DNA from: Candidatus Obscuribacteraceae bacterium
GTDB lineage: Bacteria > Cyanobacteriota > Vampirovibrionia > Obscuribacterales > Obscuribacteraceae
Length of the DNA stretch: 64,000 bases
Direction: 5' to 3'
Assembly: GCA_044226015.1 (NCBI GenBank)
Contig: JBGAHS010000001.1
Coordinates: 448,001 to 512,000 of the forward strand
In this document: positions 9,941-19,300 of the stretch, piece after piece
Numbering within the stretch: the stretch's first letter is position 1
Layout of the letters: each line of letters begins with the position of its first letter
The notes under the pieces: generated by a model
What the model was told of the DNA's origin: nothing
Databases searched by the model: none
What the model saw: only the letters and a program-made list of their open reading frames with translations
Made by a program: the position numbers and the translations under genes

Positions 9941-11107
9941 TCAATTAGCTAGCTTCTTCATGCAATTTGCGTACGCATCCCTAATGCGGTTCAACTCCGC
10001 AGAGCCGGGCTCAAGCTGTTGCTCAATGGCTATTGCCTGTTTGTACGCCTCTGCTGCTTGGGAAATATCGTCCTCTTGCTCGTACAGCGATGCCAGTGAA
10101 ATTATTGCTTGCGCTACTTCGGGTCTGTAGGGATTTTTGTCCGTTTTCAATAAAGAGTCAACCAACTTTTTGTTGTACACTCTTTCGCTTTTAACACTCA
10201 GCAGGTAGAGGGGATGCTGCGGTTTGAATTTTACGCGAATGATTTTGGATGCCCTATCTAACAACCTTTTGGCTGAATCTAGTTTGTTCATCTCGCAATA
10301 AAGTCCGCCAGCATTCAATAGTATTTTTGCTAGCTCTTCGCTGTCACCGTTGGCACCGTCGAGCTTTTGCTGAGTGGCAACTGCTTTTGCAAAAAATTGT
10401 TCGGCATCTTTGTAGTTTTTGAGTTGACGAAGCGTGTTTGCATGATTTGATAAGGCGATAGCGTAATCGTGTGTGTTCTCCTTATGCAAAGACTGGTAGA
10501 TATCCAGTGCTTCCTTCTCCATTGTTTCCGCTGATTGCAAATCTCCTGTGCGGGCATAGGCCTGTGCCAGATTATCCAGGCTGTTGGCACTGCTTGAGCT
10601 TTTGAATCCAGGTATCTTCCGCTTCAGTTTCAGCCCTTCTTCCATTAAGGTTTTTGCTTTTTCGTATTTTTTCAAATACAAATATTGCTCACCCAATTTC
10701 AAGAAAGCCTCAGTCTTGTTTCCGTCTGCTTTTAGTCTCTCCGCCGCGCCTAATCCTAATTCTAATCGGTCGAATGATTCTTCTATTTTTCCATCGGCAT
10801 AAAGCTTTTGTGACTCAGCCAGGTATTCATGCCACTCTTTTTCGTTTTCTTTTTGCTCTGCGTCACTCGATGATTTTGAGGCGTCTCCAGATTTATGATC
10901 TACTGTGGAAACCTTTTTCTCGTTACTTTTTGGTTCTGATTTAGTCTTGGTGTCTACTTTCTCACTGCCTTTGCTTTGCTGACCCCTTTTATCAGAATCA
11001 GAACCATTTCTTTGCTGATTCGCTTCTGCTGCTTGTCCAGAGGCTGTCAGAGAAAAATGCAAGAACAGGCTGATGTTGACTAAGACAGTTATTGTGCGGA
11101 ACTTCAT
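9941..11107 (-). CDS. Exported TPR protein (42-aa kinesin-light-chain-like TPRs)
   Basis: Signal peptide; SLDNLAQAY, ALSNHANTL, LLNAGGLY repeats; start 11107 or 11128. Confidence 0.85.
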   Translation of the reverse strand: MKFRTITVLVNISLFLHFSLTASGQAAEANQQRNGSDSDKRGQQSKGSEKVDTKTKSEPKSNEKKVSTVDHKSGDASKSSSDAEQKENEKEWHEYLAESQKLYADGKIEESFDRLELGLGAAERLKADGNKTEAFLKLGEQYLYLKKYEKAKTLMEEGLKLKRKIPGFKSSSSANSLDNLAQAYARTGDLQSAETMEKEALDIYQSLHKENTHDYAIALSNHANTLRQLKNYKDAEQFFAKAVATQQKLDGANGDSEELAKILLNAGGLYCEMNKLDSAKRLLDRASKIIRVKFKPQHPLYLLSVKSERVYNKKLVDSLLKTDKNPYRPEVAQAIISLASLYEQEDDISQAAEAYKQAIAIEQQLEPGSAELNRIRDAYANCMKKLAN

Positions 11108-11373
11108 TGTAATCTCACGTCTAAGCATCTTAATTTTGACAGAAACCCGGCGGCTTTGAATGAACTATTAAGTAGAGCTCTGTAGACTATGTTTGACTGT
11201 TGAAGGGATGGCTGCAATTTTTACTCCTTGGCTACTTTAAGGAAAGAAAGGTTTATCCGGCGGAAATTCAACTGGCTCAAGAGGTTTTCTGAGAATTTGG
11301 GGGAATCTACGAAATCTGAGTTGAAGAGCTGAACACCCGGCCATATACTTGGCTAACTAGAAGAGGAAGATTA

Positions 11374-11967
11374 ATGAAACGGACTGCCATGGTAATGCTT
11401 GCGATTTCAGCAATTCTGCTGAGCGGTAACGCAGTCAATGCAGACGATAATTTACCCCCTGTCGCACCCCAAGTGCAGTCGTTAGATGCAGCAATCAACC
11501 AACTGCAGCAGGCTCAGTCTGCTCCAGTTACTGCGCTGTCTCCGGCTCAGGCTCCTTCTGAGCAGCCAGCGACTCCCATGAATGAGGCTGTAGCCACTCC
11601 AGCGCAAGCAGATGCTTCGCAAGCGCCCGAGACACAGTCCAAATTCTCCTCTCCAGTTGTTTTTGTTTATGAGTTTGGTGCCAGCTGGTGTCCAAGCTGC
11701 AGGAAGTTGGCTCCATTAGTTGAAGAAGCGGCTCAAAAATATGACGGTTTCGCTCAGTATATTCCAGTCAACGTTGATAAAAATCAGGAATTGGTAAAGC
11801 AGCTGAATATTGCTCAGATTCCTACTGTCATGGTTGTAGATAAGCGCGGTAGAATGCTGAATCGACTCGTCGGTTTCCAGCAAGGTGTCCAGCTTGAACA
11901 AATTCTGCAGCACTACAGAGCTCAAACAATTGCTTCGCTTTCCCGCAAGCAACAACAAGTTCATTAA
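11374..11967 (+). CDS. Exported thioredoxin family protein
   Basis: Signal peptide, Pro/Ala/Gln linker, FGASWCPSC, IPT cis-Pro; GAGG RBS. Confidence 0.9.
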   Translation: MKRTAMVMLAISAILLSGNAVNADDNLPPVAPQVQSLDAAINQLQQAQSAPVTALSPAQAPSEQPATPMNEAVATPAQADASQAPETQSKFSSPVVFVYEFGASWCPSCRKLAPLVEEAAQKYDGFAQYIPVNVDKNQELVKQLNIAQIPTVMVVDKRGRMLNRLVGFQQGVQLEQILQHYRAQTIASLSRKQQQVH

Positions 11968-12652
11968 TTCAATATCCGTTCTACATATTTGTGGCGTACT
12001 GGTTTTCTGTGCAATCTCACAGCTGTGCCTTGTTGCAGCCAATTCCGCGGAATTGAAGCTAAGCACTGCTGCACCTCCTCGTGGCAAATCTGCTCGAATT
12101 GTTATTGATCGAAAATTACGGCACCTCACTGTCTCTGATGCTTCCGGCCAGAAACTTTATGATACCGATATTGGTATCGGCAGAGGTGGGCTGGGAAAAA
12201 AGAAAACCATGGAAGATTGCATCACTCCATCTGGAGTGTTCAAAGTAGACCTGGTGCTTTATAGACCACCACTGAATGCTATAGATCCCTCTCTTCTCAA
12301 ACGATATGACAGCGATTCTCGGGCGTCTGAGTACTTAAAAACAAGTGACGCTTTGCAAAAGCTTTTCAGTAATATGAACTCGATCGATTTTAATGGTGAT
12401 TCGAAGCCTGATACTGCATATGGTGTCGCCTATGTTGGGCTCACTTCACCGTCAGCAGTTACGGGGCCAAAACTCAGCAGTTTTAATGGTATTACTTACT
12501 GGTTTTCCATTGCATTGCACGGAACGTCAAATGAAAAACGTAATATTGGTTTTGCGAATTCTGGTGGCTGCTTGCAAATCCCAGAATCTGTTCTTAAACC
12601 AATGATAGAAAAGCGTATTTTGCGCATTGGAAGCGAAGTCATCATAAATTAG
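11885..12652 (+). CDS. L,D-transpeptidase (YkuD) family protein; start uncertain
   Basis: IVIDRKLRHL, TPSGVF, IALHGT...SGGC catalytic His/Cys motif; hydrophobic signal-like segment. Confidence 0.8.
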   Translation: MSSLNKFCSTTELKQLLRFPASNNKFINSISVLHICGVLVFCAISQLCLVAANSAELKLSTAAPPRGKSARIVIDRKLRHLTVSDASGQKLYDTDIGIGRGGLGKKKTMEDCITPSGVFKVDLVLYRPPLNAIDPSLLKRYDSDSRASEYLKTSDALQKLFSNMNSIDFNGDSKPDTAYGVAYVGLTSPSAVTGPKLSSFNGITYWFSIALHGTSNEKRNIGFANSGGCLQIPESVLKPMIEKRILRIGSEVIIN

Positions 12653-12702
12653 CAATCGAATATCTGATCCAGCGCAGTGCGATTCGTTTCCGTATCGATG
12701 GC

Positions 12703-12741
12703 AGAAAAAGAGAGGAGCAAGCTTGCTTACTCCTCTTTCTT
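12703..12741. terminator. Bidirectional terminator between convergent genes
   Basis: AAAGAGAGGAGCAAGC-TT-GCTTACTCCTCTTTCT. Confidence 0.6.
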
Positions 12742-12760
12742 AGGCATAAACAGTTCCTGC

Positions 12761-14416
12761 TTATGCTGGTGTAGATTCCTTAGCTGGCGCTTGCTTCAAA
12801 TTCTTGTCGTGAGCTATTTTTAGCCCAGATTGAACCGCGTTTATAAGCTGACTATCTTTACTTTGACTGGCTTTTCTGCCCATGAAGTGCAGGTCACCAT
12901 AACTTACACCGCTGTTTTCAGGTCCAAATTCGTCGTTAACGCTTTTTTCTGCGGCACGGTAGTTTTCGATCAAGAAGTTCACCGAATCTGCATCGGCAGG
13001 TGTCAGGTTGCCTTGCATCATTGCATTTTTGAGTTCGTTCATGCTCAATCTTCTGTTCCCGTCTTGGTCAATCATTTCGAATAGCTGGGGGTTTGCAAAT
13101 GAGTTGTTCAGCTTGTTCAGCTCATCTTGCAGTCTGGCAACATTCCTTTCTACTACTTCGAATTTAGCAAGGTCGAGGAGTGAAACACCTTTCTTTGCAC
13201 CAGACTGCTCGTCGCTTAGTTTGCTCAACTGTGGTTCTAGCGCACTCATTGTTGCTGCAAGTTCTCTTTCGCGATCAGTCAGGCTCTTATTTTGTTCTGC
13301 TAGACCCAGTTCTTGTTTATCAATGAAGCCATTGTGGTCCAGATCAAGTTTCGGAAATGCCATCATAGCTTCTCGTCCGAATTCTGCTGCTGTCATAGCT
13401 GCTTTCGGGCTTTCTTTAGTTGGTTCGGGATTTGGGGTTGGTTTAGGCGGCTCGACCGGTATAGGTCTGTCCAATTTTTCTTCAATTCTGCCGCTGAGAT
13501 CCTTCCTCATCGCATTGTGAATTGCAGCCATCGGTCCCTTCTCTGGTGCGAAATCGCCGTACACATCCAGTGCATCTGTTTTATGTTTAGCGTCATAGTC
13601 ATTCATAACCTGGTCACGCAAACGCAGTTTCTGCTCTTTGTCGAGCACCTGGAAATGCTCTCCAGTGTGCAGCTGCCGTCCGCCGTTCAGTTTCTTTGTA
13701 TCAGCTGCAAGATGAACCAAATCCGATTCATTCATCGAAGGGTACATGCGTTTGAGAACCTGGTAATATCCTTCACCTTTTTGCACTGCTGGGCTCATGC
13801 TAGCCGCATCAATGAGTTTGCTGGCGGCTGCTTCATAGTGTTGTCGTCCTAATTTTTCCGCGCCTTCTTTCAATTTTTCAGCCAGTTCAGATTTCGTCTT
13901 TTCGGAAGATTTGTCGATGGTGCCAGCTTGCTCGGTTGTTTTCTCAGAAGATTTTTCGGTGCTGCTATTCTTAGCTTCGCCTTCTTTTGACTTATCCGAA
14001 TCGTTCTTTGGACGGGTGTTTTCGTCGCGGCGATCGGGTCTGCTCTCCACCGGTTCAGTTGGTCTCGTTTGAGTAAGCACATGGTCTTTTCCATCATTGC
14101 CATGGAATACGATTTCAACAGGACGTAGCGGTCGTCCGGAATCGGCTTGCTCTTGAGTTTGATCCTCTATTCTTTTTTGACCTATTGCCGGAGTCTTTTC
14201 CGCTGCTCGTCTCGATTGCGTAAGTACATGGTCTTTGCCATCATTGCTATGGAATACAATTTCTGTCGGCTGAAGCTCTCTCGATGATGGCGCAGACTGG
14301 GCTTTCAGATCTTCGTTTCGGCAAGCCATTAGTTCGTCAAAGACCCCCTGGGAGACCGCAGAGTCACTATTGCGTCTACCGGTGCTTGTTTCGTTAAATT
14401 GATTATCTCTTTCCAT
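12761..14416 (-). CDS. Hypothetical protein with LysM-like domain and EF-hand motifs
   Basis: VQKGEGYYQVLKR...KLNGGRQLHTGEHF (LysM-like); EF loops DLDHNGFIDKQEL and DQDGNRRLSMNEL; no signal peptide. Confidence 0.7.
   Translation of the reverse strand: MERDNQFNETSTGRRNSDSAVSQGVFDELMACRNEDLKAQSAPSSRELQPTEIVFHSNDGKDHVLTQSRRAAEKTPAIGQKRIEDQTQEQADSGRPLRPVEIVFHGNDGKDHVLTQTRPTEPVESRPDRRDENTRPKNDSDKSKEGEAKNSSTEKSSEKTTEQAGTIDKSSEKTKSELAEKLKEGAEKLGRQHYEAAASKLIDAASMSPAVQKGEGYYQVLKRMYPSMNESDLVHLAADTKKLNGGRQLHTGEHFQVLDKEQKLRLRDQVMNDYDAKHKTDALDVYGDFAPEKGPMAAIHNAMRKDLSGRIEEKLDRPIPVEPPKPTPNPEPTKESPKAAMTAAEFGREAMMAFPKLDLDHNGFIDKQELGLAEQNKSLTDRERELAATMSALEPQLSKLSDEQSGAKKGVSLLDLAKFEVVERNVARLQDELNKLNNSFANPQLFEMIDQDGNRRLSMNELKNAMMQGNLTPADADSVNFLIENYRAAEKSVNDEFGPENSGVSYGDLHFMGRKASQSKDSQLINAVQSGLKIAHDKNLKQAPAKESTPA
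14069..14263 (-). repeat. Two copies of a 48-bp in-frame repeat (EIVFHxNDGKDHVLTQ)
   Basis: Copies at 14069-14116 and 14216-14263. Confidence 0.9.
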
Positions 14417-14539
14417 TTGCGGATTGCCTCACTGCTGCTCGATGCAGAAAAAATAACAGCGAGTTCTGAAAAGATTTTGAATTGACTTATTCGGAAACTA
14501 GGAAAGGCTTTCTAAGGTATTCGGTTTCATTAATCCCAT

Positions 14540-14553
14540 TGTGGAATTCCCCA
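14540..14553. promoter_or_regulatory. Putative transcription-factor site TGTGG-AATT-CCCCA
   Basis: Pseudo-palindrome in a divergent intergenic region; similar sites at 62773 and 62901. Confidence 0.4.
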
Positions 14554-14614
14554 GTGACAAGTATATAAATCTGGTATATAACTTCGTATAGGTAACCCGA
14601 GCGGAGAATCTGAG

Positions 14615-14788
14615 ATGTCCGAACAGTATGACAAGGCGGTAGCGGAATCAATTTGGTGGTTGGTCAATAGAGTCTACGCTGAGCCAGCAAAAGCTGAACC
14701 GGAACAGCCCGTATGCAAGTTGAATGATTTCAATGAATGGGAAACGTATCAGATGATGCAAGCTGCTGATAGCGAAGACCACATCTAA
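14615..14788 (+). CDS. Small acidic hypothetical protein (57 aa, not in ORF track)
   Basis: GGAG RBS, ATG..TAA MSEQYDKAVAESIWWLVNRVYAEP...SEDHI, followed by a terminator. Confidence 0.6.
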   Translation: MSEQYDKAVAESIWWLVNRVYAEPAKAEPEQPVCKLNDFNEWETYQMMQAADSEDHI

Positions 14789-14811
14789 CGGACAAGTTAC
14801 ACTGTTAAGCC

Positions 14812-14839
14812 AAGCCCGGACTCAGGTTCGGGCTTTTTT
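14812..14839 (+). terminator. Rho-independent terminator
   Basis: AAGCCCGGA-CTCAGG-TTCGGGCTT-TTTT. Confidence 0.75.
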
Positions 14840-14863
14840 GTTGAGCGGATACTGCTCTGTAAG

Positions 14864-14973
14864 TGTTGAGTGAATCATAGAGCGCCGCATTCTTGGCGGC
14901 ATTGGGATCTTACTCGCGGAGGAAATTGTCGAGTGAATCCGGGGGGCGCCGCCATCTTGGCGGCATCGGATCC
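14864..14973. repeat. Tandem pair of REP-like palindromic repeats
   Basis: GAGTGAATC..GCGCCGC(A/C)(T/A)TCTTGGCGGCAT..GGATC repeated with ~63-64 bp period; cores at 14882-14902 and 14946-14966. Confidence 0.7.
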
Positions 14974-14988
14974 TGATTGGACCGTCAG

Positions 14989-16215
14989 CTAATATCTGGC
15001 GAGTGATGGCGCGAAGGCATCGTTCATGTACACGTGCTGAACCATGCGCTCGAAATCAAGCGTCAACTTATCCTCGGCGAACTTATCCTGAACGTTTTGC
15101 TTCAATTCGGCAAGTTGTGCGCTGCTAGGTGGTGTCTTGCGCCACTCCTCTAACCTTGCTGCCAGTGCTCCATCGGCGTTCATGTCCACCATCCAGTGCT
15201 CATCTTCCAAAATGTACTTTGCGCCACCGTGTGGATGGCACAAGACTGGAAGTCCCGAAATGGCGGCTTCAATAATCACTGCGCCCAGACCTTCGTAGAG
15301 ACTGCACAGAGCAAAGACATCTGCCAGGCGCATCATGTCTTGAACCTGCTTTTCCGGCACGGTGACAAATCTGACTCTATCCCCAAGCTTTTCTTTTCCC
15401 AGTTTTTGGAGCTGTTCGCCTTCTGGCTCTGGCTGTCCGCAGATAAGCAGGTGGCAGCGCTTGTCCTGAATCTTCGCTACTTCATTTATAAGGTGGTCAA
15501 TTCGTTTGTGGTGGCTGTTCCATGCAGAAACACAAATTACGATCCAATCATCAGCTGCATAACCATGTTCAGCACGCAGGTCCGCTTTGCTACGGGTTGA
15601 TATCATATGCGGTACTATGTTGGGAAGCACCGTCATTTTTGAGGCAGGAATTCCAAACCTCAGTGCTTCTTCGTAAGCATCAGTGTGCAGATGTTGGATG
15701 TAGTCAAATTGTTGGTAAGTTTGAGGGCGGAAGCCGCCGCCATTTGCAAAAATAATCTTGTATGGGTTGCCAGTAATTTTTCTGAACTCATAAAGAACAT
15801 GTGCCAGCGGCACTTCTTTTGTCCAAACGACTTCGGGCTGCCATTTCTCTTTTGACTCTTTGATCAAGCCGAAAGAGTAACTGGTTTGCTCAAGAGCATA
15901 AGCTATTCTCCAGAGCTTTTCTTTCTCAACAAAGCTCAGCATATTGAGCGGAAATTTGAGCCAATCATTCCGATTGATGCAGCTTATCTTCTTTGCGCCC
16001 GGGTATTCCGCGCCTGCGAAGAGTTTTACGTCCAGGTCTTGTTTATTTTGAGAGGTGACAGCGTTGAAGAATCGAGCAGTTGATATTTCAAAACCCCGAT
16101 TGATAGCTCCCAGACCGCTGCTGAACATTGCCAGCCGAATAGGGCGGGCAGTATCAAATGAACTGCGAGACAGGTCGTTCCTTTCTGCATTCGAGCCGCT
16201 AAATTCTTGCACCAT
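14989..16215 (-). CDS. Glycosyltransferase family 4 (GT-B fold)
   Basis: HKRIDHLI, ADVFALCSLYEGLGAVIIEAAISGLPV (EX7E motif). Confidence 0.9.
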   Translation of the reverse strand: MVQEFSGSNAERNDLSRSSFDTARPIRLAMFSSGLGAINRGFEISTARFFNAVTSQNKQDLDVKLFAGAEYPGAKKISCINRNDWLKFPLNMLSFVEKEKLWRIAYALEQTSYSFGLIKESKEKWQPEVVWTKEVPLAHVLYEFRKITGNPYKIIFANGGGFRPQTYQQFDYIQHLHTDAYEEALRFGIPASKMTVLPNIVPHMISTRSKADLRAEHGYAADDWIVICVSAWNSHHKRIDHLINEVAKIQDKRCHLLICGQPEPEGEQLQKLGKEKLGDRVRFVTVPEKQVQDMMRLADVFALCSLYEGLGAVIIEAAISGLPVLCHPHGGAKYILEDEHWMVDMNADGALAARLEEWRKTPPSSAQLAELKQNVQDKFAEDKLTLDFERMVQHVYMNDAFAPSLARY

Positions 16216-16317
16216 AATTGCGAATTCCAAAAATAATTCGAACGGGACGAGTTACCGGCAAAATTGGTTGAGCTAAATCAAGCAGAATACCTAATGTTAT
16301 TTTATCCAACATGTCGC

Positions 16318-19300
16318 TCAATCTAACCCTTGGAAATTGCGAACATAAGCAATACAGATTCTTCTACTTTCATCAACGAGGACCGGACAGGTGTAGACTG
16401 AACCAATCCCTCCGGAGTTCCCGTCATTTGGGATTTTTGCTTTGACTTGCAAAACATCTTGAAAGCCATGCTGAGCAATGACTTCGAAGAATTTGGGGTT
16501 CCCTTGAAATCCAGTGCCGTGAGATTTTGCTGCAGCTTCTTTAGCTGTCCAAATTACGGCTATGGCTCTGGCTTGCTCTGAAACAGCTAGCTTGTTGACC
16601 CAGGCGAGTTCATCTTTATTGAAGGCTAAATCAATGAAGCCATTCTCTCGTTCTTTGATCTCCTCCACGTCAATTCCCGCAAATCTTTGAGGCTCAGGGG
16701 CTTCAGCGATAGCAACGGCTGTACTATCGCTGTGCGATATCGAAATTTGGGGAAGCAATTTCGTGTCAACAGAGATGTGGGCGCGGAATTTCGCCTCTGC
16801 GTTTCCAGCCAGAGCGGTTCGAATTTCAATGTCAGCCGGTTTCAATTTTAATCCGTGGTAGTTTCTAAGATAAAAACGTACCGCGTCCTTAGCGGCAATT
16901 CGTCCGCATATCCAATCAAGGCGACGCTTTTCAGCCTTACCAATTCGTTTCCATTCGCTTTGTTCAGCCGGTGTAAGGATATAGTCGCTTAACCAATCAA
17001 GCGTGGTTTCGTCGGAAGGCAATTCGCTCTTATTAATGATGGAAACGGCAAGATTTTTTTCTTTCTTATCGATTTCGTATTCGGAGCAAATGAAATGCGC
17101 GGGGTCGTGAATGAAATTTTCTAGCTTTTCTGAAAGGAGAATGGCGCGGCTACTCACATCATTGACTCTGGCCAGCACCTGTCCATCCCAATTAGACAAC
17201 TCAATTCTTGCTTCAGTTCCTCGTTGAGTCATTGAACGCAGATTTGCCTGTGCATGCAATCTTTTACCTGTGTAATGACCATCATAGCCTTCGAAAAATT
17301 CGATGCTATCGATATGGAATGGTAATAGCGCTATAGCCGGAATGTTATGTTCGTACATCTGGTATAGGACGAATTGGCTTGAGTTGTCTAACAAGAGCGG
17401 GTCTAACACCATCTTCGCCTTGTCGACACTCTGTGATGTAAACCAATCATCGGCTGTACGGCAATCGACAGTTCCTTCGATGCTGCGGCGTGAAACTCTG
17501 TCAATGCTGCTGACTGATTGCATGCGTGGTCCATGGAACATGCTTCCTTGCTTGTACAAGCTATGAGGCGAAAGCTTTGAAGATCTGGCTTCGTCAAAAC
17601 TGAATTCCGATTTAGTTGGACCTGCTGCTAGCGATTCGTCAAATTCCACAACGCAAGAAGCTAGAATGTTGTTTTCATCTTCTTCTGCATCGGAAGTACA
17701 GATTCTTGCCTCCACTGTATTCTCTTTTGATGAACGCAGTTCCAAATTCAATGTCAGCGTTTCTTGTTCGCAGCGAATTCTTTTGTAAGCTCGAATATCT
17801 CGCAGTCGTATAACAACTTGCTCGGGGTAAATCAAACTGGCGCCTTCCGCCATTATTTCAAGCGCCACCATGAGTGGTAGCAGATGAACTCTGCTTGAAT
17901 GCTCTGTGCTGCATACATTGCCGCCTATGGCATGGTCCAATAAAAATTTGTGCTCGTTAGTATCAAGTTGAACTTGCAACACGAAGGCATCGTTGCTTGA
18001 CTGTAAGGCTGGAGATGGAATAAACGCAAATGATCCCGGCAAGGAAATAGATTCGTATTGCCGCATGAAGTCTTCCTCCTGGCTCGCTTGCATGTAGGCG
18101 AGCATCAGGTTTTCTTGCGTGTTCAAAAGTGATTGTTGAAACTCTTGCATGGTCGAGAGGTAAGTTAGCATCACATCACCAGGCAAGCCGATATCTCCGA
18201 CGAAGGGGTCGAGATCCTGGTCGATTTCATTTGCTAGCTCCGCGATAGTGGGGTCTGACAGATCAACCAATGATGGTAGATCGTTATCAGCCCATTGCAT
18301 GAACTGGTAAATCGCGTTGCTGACCTGAAGGCTCTCAAGCTGAAATTTGTCTCTGTCTACGCGGCGATGATAGAGCGGCATCAAGTTGACGTGAATACCG
18401 TTTGCGATCAGCTTTGCCAGAAGAACGTGGAATTGGTCTATTCCTCGTCGAGTTTGAAGATCGGCAGCAAGCGCAATATGTTCTTTGCCTTTTAGTACTT
18501 CCGAAATGAAAGGAATCAAGCCACCTTTTGGACCTGCCTCTACATATATTCTGCTGCCCTCGAGGTAAGTTTTTTCGATGGTTTGTCTCAGGCAAATCGT
18601 TTTTTCAAACAAGTCGGTCGAAATCTTTCTGATTTCAGCGCCGGACTCTGGATATTTTGACGCTAGAGAGCAAGACCATGATTCTATTGATGGTGCATTC
18701 ATGGTCAACATTTGCACTTCATCACTCTCATGGCTGACTTTGCCCGCGACCAGGGGCGTGTGATATGGCACCGCTACAGGCAGAGGCAGAAACTCGATGG
18801 ATTCTGCCTTTAGCTTCGAAGACAGCAAATCGATACTATCTCTGGTGCCTGAAATCAGAACACAGGTCTCACTTAAATCCGCACCGACATAAACTGGGGT
18901 TGCCATAGAATCCAGAACTGTTTTCAGTTTCCCATCAGTGGAAGCTGCAACCCTAATGGTTTTCAAATTGGCCAGTTGTGAAACTGACACCGAGCGAGAG
19001 ACTTGCGTGCTCAGGTGGTAAAAAGTCTGGGCTGCTTGAAACAGGTTGACCATTTCAGCCATGCACATCACAGTGAACTCGCCTGTGCTGCAGCCAATTA
19101 ATACATCTGCGTTGACATCTAGCTTCTTAAGTAGCGCGTAAATGGCGTATTGAGCAAGAATCAAGGTGATGACTGCGGAGTCCATTGTTGCCAGCATTGC
19201 GGGGCTGCTTCCTTGTTTCGAGCCTGCCACGGGAAAAATTGCTCTGCTGGGAACAGTTTTATCACCGGCCCTGAGCGCCAGCCTTTCGATGAAATCAAAG

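Noticed and set aside
14864..14973. Two ~63-bp units as a mini-CRISPR
   Set aside because: Only two imperfect copies, no cas genes; fits REP-like palindromes better
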